Assembly (NCBI GenBank): GCA_964106915.2
Contig: OZ066923.1
Direction: 5' to 3' (one strand)
From: Podarcis gaigeae
Lineage: Eukaryota
Length of the DNA stretch: 64,000 nt
The notes under the pieces were generated by a model, which saw only the letters and a list, made by a program, of their open reading frames with translations, had not been told where the DNA came from and did no database searches. Each line of letters opens with the position of its first letter. The first letter of the stretch is position 1. The translations under genes were made by a program, and so were the position numbers. Positions 24,426-37,563 of the stretch are shown here, one piece after another.

Positions 24426-27080
24426 CTATAATAAGGAAGAACACTCCCATCAAACAAATTCACTAAAATCATGCAAAACAGTGTGTAGTCTAGTTAACAT
24501 TTAATTAAGCATACATTACTTCATATTGAATGTTAAGCACATAATATGCCTGAATGCATTTAATCAACACACACACACACCATGTAAATTTCAGTTCATA
24601 ATGGAATGCCAAATATGGATTGTCAGAAGGGGAAAGCACATCAGAGCTATTTATTCTTGCTATGAAGGTAACCTATGAAGGTAAAGCTAAGTCTGGAATT
24701 CCATTCATTAGTGATCTTCAAAAGTCTTTAAGAAAAAATGACAGAAAACAAAAAAGTTTAGATACTAGCCAAAACAAGCGAGAACCAACAAACAAATGGG
24801 GGGGGGGGGGGGGAGAGAGATAAATCAGTTTCAACTATACCAAAGGTTTGGTATGCAGTTAAGAGGACAGTGAATAAATTCTCAGTTGAGAATTCTGAAC
24901 GTTTTCTTTTACTTCTTAGTCTCCAAAAAACTCAAGAAGAGTTACATGAGATTTACAAAAAAAAGACATTATCTGTGAAGACAACACAATGAAAACTGTA
25001 AATGCACTGTCTTTGACATGCAGGTTTTATTACTTCACTCTCAGCTTTACTGTTAAATAAGACTTTTAACACAACACAAGCAGCTATACACTACATACTC
25101 CTTTACACAAACAACTGGGCGGGGGCAACGCACTATTTTGACAAATTTTAAAAGAAATGTGTCAAGGCAAGCAAGATTTACACCAAAGTTACACTGATGA
25201 GGGACTACATGGAGGAGAAACAATCAATTCAAATAGCAGAGGATGACAGTTGGGGTTCTACATGGACTGGAAAATCATTCAGATGTCTAAGTGCCAGTAA
25301 GGACTTTGATACCTGAGTTTTCCAGTGTGGCGCTACTCTATATGGCTCCAATGTTATTGTTTGCACCTCCTTGCCCCCAATATTATAAGAGGCTAAATGG
25401 GACCGCAGCTAACACAATAATCACACTGCAGTCATGAAGACAGATTGTTGACATATTAAGTTCTCTTTCTAATTCTAGATTTCAGACTGCCTAGTATAAA
25501 GACACAGCCAAAATATATAGACATACATTTCAGCATATGTGTTTTAAAGTGTATTAATGAATGGGGCATTGAGGATATTCTGCACTGGGCCAATCTTCAG
25601 AGTGTGGTTAGGATGTTGGAAGCAAGCTGCAGGCTCCTGCGTTCCTACTGCTTCCCTCCTGGCTCCTGTTGTATAACCATGAGATAGTGGCAGGTCTGCA
25701 TTAGCAGTAACTGTGGCTGATGTGTAAAGGGATCTTGCCAAGCAGAGCATATTTGAAGTACATTTTCAAACCCTAGCTTGCTGATTAGGTATGCTGATTA
25801 GTGCCAATGTGAACATAATGTTACAGATTTTTAAAACTGACAAGGAAGGTGGAGAGGGAAACGGAAGAAAATGGCAAATCTACATTAAAGCATATTTGCT
25901 AACAGTTCACATGTCGACTATCTTCTCTACCTTCACATACATGCACAGGGTTTTTGTGTACAGAGTAAGAATGTAAGCTCTCTCCCTGCTTTTAAGGAAG
26001 GGCTACATCTGCAAGCATGAGGCAAGGGGTTTAGCCATACAAGCATTCCAACCACAGAATAGATCCCCAGAGGGACTTTTAAGTGTTCATTTCAAGGCAT
26101 ATCCTCATGCAAATGCACTGTGTGACGATCTGAGATTATGCACGGTGTGATAAAGCCATATAAGTAGCCTTGCTTTGAAATGAACATTTAATGGAATGAA
26201 TACTGGGAGATGAAAAAGCCACAGCACCTTTGAGTGTCATGAAAATTACAGATTTTAATTTGTTAGTACCTAACAGGGCTTTCTCGTTTTTTAAACCCAC
26301 TTGAAAATGGACCTACAGATTCCATGTTGACTGGAGAAAGAATTGAAGAATGGAAATATCTTTTTTCATAATAATAATTAAAAACATGCTCAAACATGGC
26401 CAATGTATATCTGGCCAAGCTTACAACAGGAAAAAGATAAGATCTATGCATTTGTTTTTAAGAATTACAGCGTGGATGTGTACATTTCTGAAGATGCATC
26501 CAATTCTCACTTTGTAGGCAATTCGGAAACTTCACTATTTGAACAGCTTTAAGTCTAAAATCCCCCCCCCCCCCCAATTCTAGATCATTATCCAGATTTC
26601 TTGGAAGATAAGTTGCTTATTTAAAAAGATCCGTACTCTAAAAATCACAAAGGTGTATACACATCTTTTGCTCAGCCTTTTCCTTCCAATTATATAAACT
26701 CAAATAGAGTTAATTCTACATAGGGATAATTCACAATATGTTACCTTAGGGTTTGCATACTCCCTTCTCTCCTCATGAGCTCCAATTCACTTTTCTTCTG
26801 GGTTCACAGAAACCAAGGTATTAAGAATTCAGGTTGACTAGCCACCATGGTTTGAGGCTACATGTGAACCATAGCTAGACTACTGAAGCCATTCTTTAAA
26901 TTCAGCTGCATGTCTAGAGTCACAGGAGGTTGTCACTGGCTCCAAAAGTGTAGCTGAAAAATCACTGAGTTGATGGAAGACCACAAAATGCAGCACCAGC
27001 TTTCAGTAATTTGCCAACTCTTTTCTGGGAACCCTGTTGTTCCCGTGAAGGTTACATAGCTTCATAGAAGCTTGGTAATG

Positions 27081-27280
27081 NNNNNNNNNNNNNNNNNNNN
27101 NNNNNNNNNNNNNNNNNNNNNNNNNNNNNNNNNNNNNNNNNNNNNNNNNNNNNNNNNNNNNNNNNNNNNNNNNNNNNNNNNNNNNNNNNNNNNNNNNNNN
27201 NNNNNNNNNNNNNNNNNNNNNNNNNNNNNNNNNNNNNNNNNNNNNNNNNNNNNNNNNNNNNNNNNNNNNNNNNNNNNNNN
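27081..27280. other. Assembly gap (200 N)
   Basis: Run of exactly 200 n, probably a placeholder length. Confidence 0.99.
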
Positions 27281-28682
27281 AGGCAAGAGCCTGCACACAG
27301 CCTGAGGGCATTTAAAATGGTTTTAGCAGCTTGGGGAAGGACGAATAATAGTACAAAGCCTCTGTGTGCTTGTGGACTCAGCACACGTAAGACTTGCAGC
27401 TACTATACAACTCACAGCTCTAATGAGGATGGAAGCTGACAAGGCATTTTTCAAGGTAGCTGCTTAAAGTATCATCCATATGGAGCTGGTCCTCTGTAGG
27501 CTCCAACCCTGAAAAGAGCACTACCAAGCCCCATTTCCGCAGGCTTTCCAAGCAGTTGTGGAAGTATAACTCTGGGAACATCAGGCTAGGACTGGCTAAA
27601 CACAGTTTGCTGCCTGGGACAAAGCCAAGATGACAACCACCCATTCCAACTCCATGTGCAAAGGTAAACTGAACTGGCAACTTCACGAACAGATGTTTGA
27701 TAATCCATTGAATTGTTTGTATCAGACACCACAGAAAACTCTGGCATGTGAATAGTGAGTTGTATGTGGATTGAAAACGTTGATAAAGATGCCAAAGGAT
27801 TTGCTCAGAAAAAGGGTTTTTAAGCGTACCTGCTCTGACACAGACCCACCCACCCAACATGTCCCTTTCTATCGCGAATCTTTCATTAAATAGTTCAGCT
27901 ATTTTAAATCCCATGGAAACATTTCAGAATTTAAGGCCAGTGATTCAGTACAGGATGAGCTTCTCCAAGTCGCCATCTGCATATCCCTAATTATATATTT
28001 GATATTAATGAACATGGCATGTTGGAAGACTATTTCTTCAAGCTGCTTTTTTAAATAAACGCAAGATTAAAAGCTGTGAAAACAACACTTCCCACCTGTG
28101 CTCTCAATTCCATTAGGCCTCAAAGGCTTTCTCTAGGTACCATGCATCCTTGAATGATCAGGCAGTTCAGCCTTCAAGACCTTCCAGAGTCAAACTATCA
28201 AGTATGGCGCTAACTCAGTGTAAAATGATGAACCAATTCTAGTCCTTCCAACCTAATGAAAAGCAAAACCAAATAATTAGGTAGCTAAAAAATTGATAAT
28301 AACTCTCTGCACTTCAAGGGCACCTCATTTCTTTTTTCATTCCAAGCTGCAGAACTTTCCTTAGAGACGCTAGTTTCAATTTGGCAGATAAATCTGAATA
28401 CCAATTTGGCTAGTGAGTCTCAGCCAAGTAGCAGATAACGAACCCAGCGTTCACCCTTCATTTTCAGTAATACTGCATGCTGGGTTTTTTTTCTAACTTA
28501 CATAATAATTCACAGATGGAAGCAGGGGAGAAAGCATGTTAACTTAAAAGTTAACAAAGCACATGTTTGAGCAAGATTGTAGTGGCACAAAAAAGCATTT
28601 CATTACACAATTTCTACTCGCAGCAGATGCCACACTGTTCTCTGAAGTGGCACAATTTTTTTGCCTACGTTGGCAAGGTTAC

Positions 28683-28811
28683 CAAGTCTTGCCCCAAGAG
28701 GGAGACTGTGTCTTTTGTCAGCTGCTTATTTGGCAGACATTTGACAGATGCAGGTTCTCCCATCATAGCTGCAGTGACAGAAGCTGCATCTTCCCAAGTT
28801 CTCAGTTCAAG
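28683..28811 (-). CDS. Candidate extra PLEKHA5 cassette exon (LELRTWEDAASVTAAMMGEPASVKCLPNKQLTKDTVSLLGQDL)
   Basis: 129 nt open in phase 0, acceptor ccttttcctttaatcacag, donor TTG|gtaacc; no homolog recalled. Confidence 0.5.
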
Positions 28812-29717
28812 CTGTGATTAAAGGAAAAGGAATGCCCTCTCTGGGAAAAGCAGCAGCAATCTTATGCACTGGTCAAAGCTCAAACTAGGGCTAACTTTGG
28901 ACTAGAAGCTAGAGAGCCTCTGAGTTAATAGGCTGAAAAAAATAAGGCAATTACTTGCAAAGACAACACAATGCCAAACATTTCATTTGGTACGTGGTGA
29001 AAAACCTGTTCACATCCATATGATGTTTAGGATAAAATTCTTTCACAAATTGATTTCTAACAGACAAGTTGATGTTATATTTCCATTCAGCACATTTCCC
29101 CTCCAAATATTTTATCATGACTTGATACTGACTTTGTTTGCTGTGACTTTCTGAACACACTGCCCTTAAGAGCTATAGCCCCCAGATCAAAATTATTTTG
29201 ATCCTTTTTAACTCCCAAGGGCAAAACAAAGCAGCTGTCCAGGAACCTACAACAATTAGTAAATTCATTCCTAAAATGAGAAGCTGTCAGAAATGACAAG
29301 GTAAACATTGCTGTCATGCTTTAGTGTTAAACCAAAATGAAGTCGTTCCTTCAACGGAAAAAGAAATAAACAAAAGAAAATGAATCGCATAGATCCATGC
29401 TATGACAAATGTTGGAAGCTTGTTGGCGATTTTATGAATTTACTGAATTAACCTACAAAAAAAAGCAATTTGCCAAATATTCTGAAACAGAGAAAGTTAT
29501 CCAAAGGGATACACTCAATACTCATTGACAAGTACGTTCAGCAAAGCCATGCTAACAATATTGCAGCATTTTATAAAACACAGATGACTTGTGGTTTTCC
29601 AAAACAAATAGGAGGAACACCAATGTTATGGGTAAACTGGAGGGGACAACCAAAAACTGTCACTGAGGAAAAATTTGCAATGATAAAAGCAATTTCATTC
29701 ACTATCCAAGACCTTAC

Positions 29718-29798
29718 TTGATGGTACAGTTGTGGTCTTAGCGCCGAGTTCTCAATCATAGTGTGAACCATGATGATTAAAGGTTCATTCTCTTTCAT
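29718..29798 (-). CDS. PLEKHA5: PLEKHA5 cassette exon (MKENEPLIIMVHTMIENSALRPQLYHQ)
   Basis: 81 nt, tag/gtaagg, phase 0; start of ORF 29571..29798. Confidence 0.9.
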
Positions 29799-32700
29799 CT
29801 ATTTCAAATCAGGAGGAGCATACAGCAAACATCAGTTTACAGCACGGCTAGATTTGAAAGACGACACTGTAAATATAGCCTCTACTTTAATTATTTTCTG
29901 TTAGTGCAGCAGTTCATATTTCCTCTCACGCTTAAGCAAAGCTGTACATTTGAAAAGCCTGCTATGGCCAAACTAGAGTACCTACAACCCATATTAAGTT
30001 TAAAGTAATTATTACCAATAAGCATTTCAGACGTTTCTCTAAATAACTCAAGCTGAAAATGTTCAATCATCTTTAACAAATGGATATGATGGACAAAGGG
30101 CTAGCCTCATTAAATAAACCACCCACACACATTATCAGATTTACAGCATAAACACATTAACTATCTTAGGGATAGTTGCACACCATTAACTCTGAGCAAA
30201 AGGGAGGTTTCTGGGGCAAATCCTCGCTGTCAACATGGGGACTGGATACTGGGAAGAAGGCTGAGCTTAGTCCAAATTTTTCTCAACTTGATAATCATTT
30301 TATGGAGAGTAGTAACCTTGACCCATGTATATTATTATTTTCCTGAACACCTGTGTTGGGTCAGCCCAAAACTATGGCACAACATGTAAACAGATGAATA
30401 GCAAACAAGCCAAATCTTAATCCAAGTTGAAGACCGAGGCAGTCACGAACAATTGTGCTTATTACAACTTTTCACAGTGTGAGCTGCAATAATGTAAGCC
30501 TTCCTAGACAGTGAGTGCTCATTTGTCAATGTTTTATTTTGAAATACTTTATGATCTGCAATATAACACCATAACATTGATAACATACATATTTACCAAC
30601 CTCTAATACCTATCTTTTACAGTATAATAATTTTCAAGGCTGCATTATTTATATAAACTATTTACCAACTATGTTCACAAATACACTGTGTTGATGAAGT
30701 CAGTAACAGATTTGGGAAGCAGCCAGATTTGAGAAGCAGAGTTTCTGAACATCTACTTTTCATTTTAGTAGAACTTGTTAAGTCCCATTTAAATGAAAGG
30801 AGGATGAATGCTTGGAGAACTAAGCCTTTAAAGGCTTTAGTTCAACTAAAAGGGTGTATATACATTTTATCAAGGAAATACATAGGTTATATCATACATA
30901 CAGCACTATCTTGTGGGTGGCCCTTAAGAAAGAACCTGCTCATCTGCCTATTTAGGGAGCAACCAGCTAACGCCGGTTTCTCATGCAGGCCACATGAAAA
31001 AAACACCTAACACTCAATATGTGGCACAGGATGATAGGGACCAGAGTAGAAATTGTGTGAGAACTACAGTGGAGGTCCAAATTTTATGATGTGATTAGAC
31101 TTCGCTGTGGACTCATCTACAGCACAGTGTGTGTTTCCCCAACCTAACTGCACTCCAGATGTTTTGGATCACAACTCCCAATATCCCTCCCCGTTGGCCA
31201 AGTTGTAGTCCAAAATATCTCAAGGGCTTGGGGAAGGATAGCATGGCAGACCAGCAGTTATTTCCATTTTCCATCTGCGTGTAAGGAACGCGACTCAAAA
31301 ACTGAGTAGAGGGTTGCTTTTTTAATCATTATAGACAAACCACATCCTATGGAAATGATGGGATACTGCTTAAAAGCACGGTGTTAAGCATCTTACAGAC
31401 AACACTAGATTATAAACTTCTAAACAGGACTGTATTGAATAGAACTTTTGATTCTTGAGAATTCCATATGCTGAGAATTCTCATGCATACAAGTAGCCTC
31501 TGGAGGTTCAATTGTAGTTAAACAGTTTGCCTGGTTCAATACAATTTAACTATTCCAAACCTAGGCTAGGTTAGCATTTTCTAATAAATTTAGTCTATAA
31601 GTACTGCTGATGGTCATAAGCTGCTACAATAGCAGAATGAGAAACAATGTCCTTTGTAAGAATATCCATAGGCGGTACTAAAATCTTCCATGATCAAAAA
31701 TTATTCAAGGGCCCAGAAATATCACCTTTTTGGCACAGAACTGCACTTAGAGTCAGAGACAGAACTGAATATAAATCTATGCACTGTCATGCTTGAATAT
31801 TTCAGTCTGCCCAAAGATGAATACAAATCTAGCATCTCAGATTTTGCTTTTATATTAAATTACACATCAATTGTACATTTAACTCTGATTCAGCAGTATC
31901 AGCTAGATAACAAGTCCAAGTGACAGGCATATAGAATCAGTTTGTGATTTATCATTAAACATGACTATTGTAACCTGGTTAAAATGAACTCAGGGATACT
32001 TCTGAACTTCCTATCAGAATGTATGATTAAACCTAGGGTCCACTCTCTCCTAATCCCTAGTTATGTAGTAAAAGAAAATAGGATTCCTTATCAAATACAA
32101 TTTTATCCTTCTGCATATGAGAGTGGTATAAAACAGAGAATCAGCCAAAGACCAACCAATTATGTCTAGATCAAAAAATTAAATTAAAAAGGAAAAGATT
32201 GGGTGTTGGCAGCAGCTCATAAAAACAGGGAACGGTGCCATGTGCCAGCACAAGTGGATGATGCACCCCACTTTGTGCTACTACTTGATGGGAAGCACTT
32301 CATCCTCAGCACAGCTGCCATGGACTGAGTTGTAAATGTGCTGCATTATTGGTGGTGTGTCAAGTGAATACATGCTCTCATTTCATGATGCAGATAAAGG
32401 GAACTGAGAAAATCTAAAGAACTCCGAATTCCTGTGCCAACAACTCAGCAGGCGCACAAAATAATGGGCAGATATGCAGTTTTCAAGTTCTGTGCAAAGG
32501 TTTCTTGAAGTATTCCTCCCTCTCCCCACCCCCAAAAAAGATGTCTATGACGGAAGATCCTTGTTCATTACATCAAATGTTTGTATATATTTAGACTTTG
32601 ACTGCAGAGATGAGGCAGACAAAAGCCAGGTATAGCTACAGTGATAAACACTATATTTTTAGGATTATTTTTTAAATATTCATTTTGCACTTCACATTAA

Positions 32701-32968
32701 TAATGTCATGTAAATAAGTGAACCCATTCAAATATTGGACCCCATTTTATTTTAGCAGACAAGCTGCAGCATTAGGACAAAGAGTATGAATGGAACAGAA
32801 CAATGACCTTAGCATATAAATTGTGCTATCTGCACTTGAAGAAACATTTTCACCATCTGCCCTGAGACAATTTTAAATGAGACAGTACCATTAAAATGTT
32901 TAAATGATAAAAAATAGTGCCAACATGTTATCAGATATAAATATACAAGAATAAGCTATGAATCCCAC

Positions 32969-33022
32969 CTGATGATCCAAATATATGGCATTCCTTTGAA
33001 GGTGATGAGAAAGAATCTCATT
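32969..33022 (-). CDS. PLEKHA5: PLEKHA5 cassette exon (NEILSHHLQRNAIYLDHQ)
   Basis: 54 nt, tag/gtggga, phase 0; absent from the ORF track; matches the recalled long isoform. Confidence 0.9.
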
Positions 33023-33806
33023 CTAGCAAGCAGCATTCAAAGAGGAAGGAGAGAAGAAAAGGACAGATATGAAGATGTGGAAAAGGTCAGTCAGAAAAGA
33101 AAGAGAACTACAAATTCTAATTTCAACCTTTAGATTATATTGTCATATTAATCCAAGCGAGAGTTACATTGAATTCTGGGTCTTCTTAGAATTTGCATTA
33201 GCATATTTTGAAAAGCCAATCAATACTCCAATGACAGAAGGAAGCAAAATTATAATCAAACATCTGCTTTTGAAAAGTAATAAAGCATTAGTTTGCAATT
33301 GCAGATTTAGTAATATTAGCCGCACAAACAACTTCTTAACATTAAAACAAAATTAAGGAAAACCACCATGGTCATGTTGAATTTACACAGACAACTATAA
33401 ACCCTTTGATACATTTGTGTGCATTTTCTGCTTCTAAATGCTTATTATAAATCATTTCAAAGATGAGAAAACAAAACGAAATGGTTATGGTAGATCATAT
33501 TTATCACCACCCTTACCTACTTGGGCTTCATATTTGTGTGTAATCTGCGTAACTTGCAAAATTTCAGACTCAATTAAAGTGAAATGTATTTGAACGCATT
33601 CCTATTTTTGTTGTTGCAATGTATTCAACATCCACACTAGAACTCAAAGGGTTAATAGCAGACCACCACAGATGCCAGGAAAACAATGACGCTCTAAAAA
33701 GCTACATTAGAGGAGGTTGGCACCAATGGTACAATGCAAGCTTGGATTAATGAATGGCTAAGAATAAGTGAAGATGGCACATGACAAACATCACTTCATA
33801 GCTGAC

Positions 33807-33926
33807 CTTTGGGCTGCTGGCCTCAAGTTTTAGTTGCATGAGTTGTGCTAATGTGTGTTCCCGGATACTACTCAGTTCGGCTTGCTGCCTTCTCAGCTTT
33901 ATAAGCAGCAGCGTGAGCTCCTCTGG
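33807..33926 (-). CDS. PLEKHA5: PLEKHA5 cassette exon (PEELTLLLIKLRRQQAELSSIREHTLAQLMQLKLEASSPK)
   Basis: 120 nt, cag/gtcagc, symmetric phase 0; matches the recalled long-isoform peptide. Confidence 0.93.
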
Positions 33927-35176
33927 CTGAAGGAGTATCGTATGAGAAGCCAAAGAGTGGAAAATAGGTTAATCATTATCTTGCACAAGACTTCAGATAT
34001 ATACTTGTGTTTGATAATGCTGGATATCATGCTACATCTAAACTGTGTGAACCTCTTCAAAATAAAAGGGAACCAACAATGTCTGCCAACAGAATACAAC
34101 TAAACTAAGAGGAGGTGAGAAGAGTTTTAAAACCGCGAAGCTTCTGAAACTCATGGTAATAACTTCTACACACAAAGGCTAGCAATATTGTGCGAAGGGA
34201 GGAGGAAAAACGCACCACGGTCACAAAATATAGAGGATGGGTATACTCAAGTTTTGCTTGGTATGTTTTAAAAGAATTGGCTAGCAACAGAAACTACGGT
34301 ATCTGAAACAAGGAAGAGTCTTGTAGCACCTGAGTAATTTATTCAAATGCTGGCCAAAGAAAAAAACAAAGAATGAAATATTAAAAACACACATACAACT
34401 TTTACTAAAAGTATGCATTGTAAAAATACACTGTCAAAGTTTGTAGATCCAAAACGCAACACACTTTCTGTTTTTTCTCCTTTAATGCAATCACAGCAGT
34501 TTTTTTGAGAGACTATTTCCCAAACACATCTAAGATTTTTCAACACAATTATACATGCTAGAACTTGAAGGTTGAATAGGAAGATCCAAATGCTTGAGAA
34601 TCAAGGAAGAATTAAAGTACAGTAATACCATTAACCAAAGCCAAATATATTCTGAGGGAACTCCATGCTACTGACCCAAAAGCCTGCACTCACGCAAAGG
34701 AAGGAGACTACGGCATTTAAACCAAAGCAAATATTGTATAAATATATTTAAATTATTAACTAATATAGGGTTTTATCCAATTGTGTCCATCTTCTGATGG
34801 AAGGATTTTATTTGATCCACCAACACTTCTGTAGACTAAAAATGGGTGTGCTTGATGTTCACAAAGCTCCCCTTCCTCCTGCAGCCCCCTCCCATGCCAC
34901 CTACCACACTAAGATCCCCCTAACCCTCTGGGGCAGTTTTTAAGGAAGCTCAGGGCTGAAGAGTGAATGGGAAATCAGCAAATAATAAAATAAAATAAAA
35001 TGCTGCCTCTGCTCACTTCCATTAATGGAAGCATCTGTTAGCTGAACTAAGGAGGCCTCCATCAGTGGAGGGACACAATTGGATGCAACCCAGAGTCAGT
35101 CCTCTATGTTGTTCTGATTTGTCTTGCCACCGGTATCTGTAGAAGAGAGCCATCCTAGTTCTTGAAAGCAATAGCA

Positions 35177-35304
35177 CAGGGATGGGGAACCTGTGGCCCT
35201 CCTGATGTTTACCAGCTCCCATAAGTTCCAACCAGCATGGCCACTAGTCAAGGATGATGGGAAGTAGAGTCAACATCTGGAAGAACATGGGTTCCCCACT
35301 CCTG
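35177..35304. mobile_element. Short hairpin hAT-type MITE
   Basis: Termini cagggatggggaacc / ggttccccactcctg with internal palindromic symmetry. Confidence 0.7.
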
Positions 35305-35684
35305 TCTTAGGAGTACACTTTTCATCTCATCCAAATTTAACACTTGACTAACTTATAACCTATACGCGATCTTCCCAACCCCCAAAGTACTCTATCTTTG
35401 TTGTACAGGCTTTCCTTGGCTCCCACTCAACCTGCACTCTGACCTCAGCCTTCCATAGACAGCTCCTTCTACAATGACCACATCTATTTAATTTTCTGAA
35501 CAAAGCACCTTTGCAATGGAACCCTTCATCATAATTTATTCTTATGTATTCCTAATGCAGGGGTGGGAAACTGGTGGCATGTGGACCAGACACAGTGGCT
35601 TTTCATTCATCTCACCACCATTTTGCAGCAGTGGTGAACAAAGGACTGCATCCTGTAATTGCAGCATTCCTTACTTGCTTTGGC

Positions 35685-35915
35685 CCTCCTACAAGCAGGG
35701 CCTGAGCACAACAGCACTCTCTCCACCTGTAGTTTTCAGGAATTAGTATTCAGAAGCATGCTGCCTCCAACTATGGAGGTAGAACAGATCTATCACAGTT
35801 AGTAGCTGCTGCTACCATTATCCTCCATGAATCTGTCTAATCGTCTTTTAAAGCTATCCAAGTTGGTGGCCATCACTGCTCTTTTGTGGAAGTGGATTCC
35901 CTAGGTTTAACTATG
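35685..35915 (-). mobile_element. CR1 LINE 3' fragment
   Basis: Similar to the reverse complement of 38490-38700 (ccaagttggtggccat). Confidence 0.65.
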
Positions 35916-36665
35916 GCGATGCTCTGCCTACTTCTCTCTTCTGAAGTAAGTGCACAGTGAAGATCCTCACTAAAAGCAACACAAACCATTGACATTTATA
36001 CGTTGTTTGTATGTAAATGACATACACAAAGCAATTTCTACTGAACAAAAGTATGAGTTGTGCGTCACTCAGCCCACTTTGGGCTCCGACCCTAACCACC
36101 TCTGAACTTCCAACGTGATTCTCAGGCAGAAATTTGTTTCCTTACTCTATCCTAATATATTACTTGCTAGTAAATCCCAAAGATTCATGCCCTCAGTTCT
36201 TATCAGTTCCTGAAATCTGAGCTTAACTTATGATTCAGATACTGACACATATATCAGAAGCTCTCTCATAATTATAAAGCAACCAATTATGTAAAGCATC
36301 TTTTTTGTCATGAGATGTAAAATGGAGTGATTTGCTTTGCACATTCAGCTGTTCATGTGAAAGACCTAAGAGAGTTCTATCACATGCACAAAAAATTTCT
36401 GAGCCATGGACTGTTCCATTTAGGTCATGGAAATGTTACACTACTCACGTGGAACATTCTTTAACATATAAAACGAGAGGTCAGGTCTATTATTCAGGCA
36501 TCCACATCACTGGGGCCCCAGAGAGTTCCAGAAGAGGGCTTCAACTGTGATGCTTTAGATGAGCCACATAATCAGAAATCCTGAATTATATATTACAAGT
36601 AATGAACTGAAAGTATTCCTTGGCTACAGCGTATGGTTTTAGCAACTGGCAGTGTTAAATGAATT

Positions 36666-36679
36666 CCAGCAGAGGGAGC
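36666..36679 (+). promoter_or_regulatory. Candidate CTCF site (intronic)
   Basis: CCAGCAGAGGGAGC matches 13/14 of the CCASYAGRKGGCRS core; GCAGTG upstream-motif-like hexamer at 36649-36654. Confidence 0.45.
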
Positions 36680-37479
36680 AAGAAATTTTCCTATATTCAA
36701 GAGTTAACAGGTTTCATAATGATTAACCTACACTCCCCTAATACAGTATATACTCATTAGTGTTTCACTTGGAAAAACATTATTTACTAAGAAATGAGGG
36801 GGAAGAGAAATCGCCTGGAAGAAATTAAGGTTTCAGCTAGTAAAAGTGGTCATATTTGAGTTAAAGGTCTCTCAAAAATGTTTGCTCAAATCTATAATCC
36901 CTCATCTAAACCTTAGGTATTGAATGGTAAAATACTTTTAATGATGTGAATAAAAATGTGCAATTAGCGGATGGATAGTTTCTTTTCATAAGACAGCACA
37001 ATGTATAATAAACTGCCTGCAGCACCAAATTTCCTAGTTAACTGCAACTTCCATTATGCAGCAATGAAAAGCTCTGGTAATTGGTATTTCCCCTCCACAA
37101 CTGAATTAACAACTTAATGGTAGGTCAATTTGTGAAATGAAGAACAATAAAATCGTAAAGGTGCCTTGCTGTTGCTCTAGAGATATTTAAAATGAAATAC
37201 TTACATGGCTCAAAAAGACAAATTATTCACAGATAGGAATTGCATAGTACAAATAGCATTTGAATTAAAAGGTTATCTGATTACTCTTGCAAAATTTAAT
37301 GCAGCATCCAAGTAGATTTAAACTGTTTAGAAGGAAAACCTCGATTTAATGAAAAAACAAAGATGGAAACTGCATTTAGTACAGATTCTATAACTAGAGT
37401 AGTCACTGTGCTACGTGTTGTATTTTATAGGTTGTTCTTAAATAAAAAATGATGGGCTAAATATAAAAATGCCACTCAC

Positions 37480-37563
37480 CGTTTTGCCTTGCAAGCTCTG
37501 GGGAGTAATAGGCTGTACACTCAGACCTGCTGGCATCGACCTTCTGTCAGGCACAAAGACATG
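37480..37563 (-). CDS. PLEKHA5: PLEKHA5 exon (HVFVPDRRSMPAGLSVQPITPQSLQGKT)
   Basis: 84 nt, NAGNAG acceptor aagcag, gtgagt donor, phase 0 to 0. Confidence 0.95.

Noticed and set aside
27003-27384. ORFs containing poly-X
   Set aside because: Artefacts of translating through the N gap.
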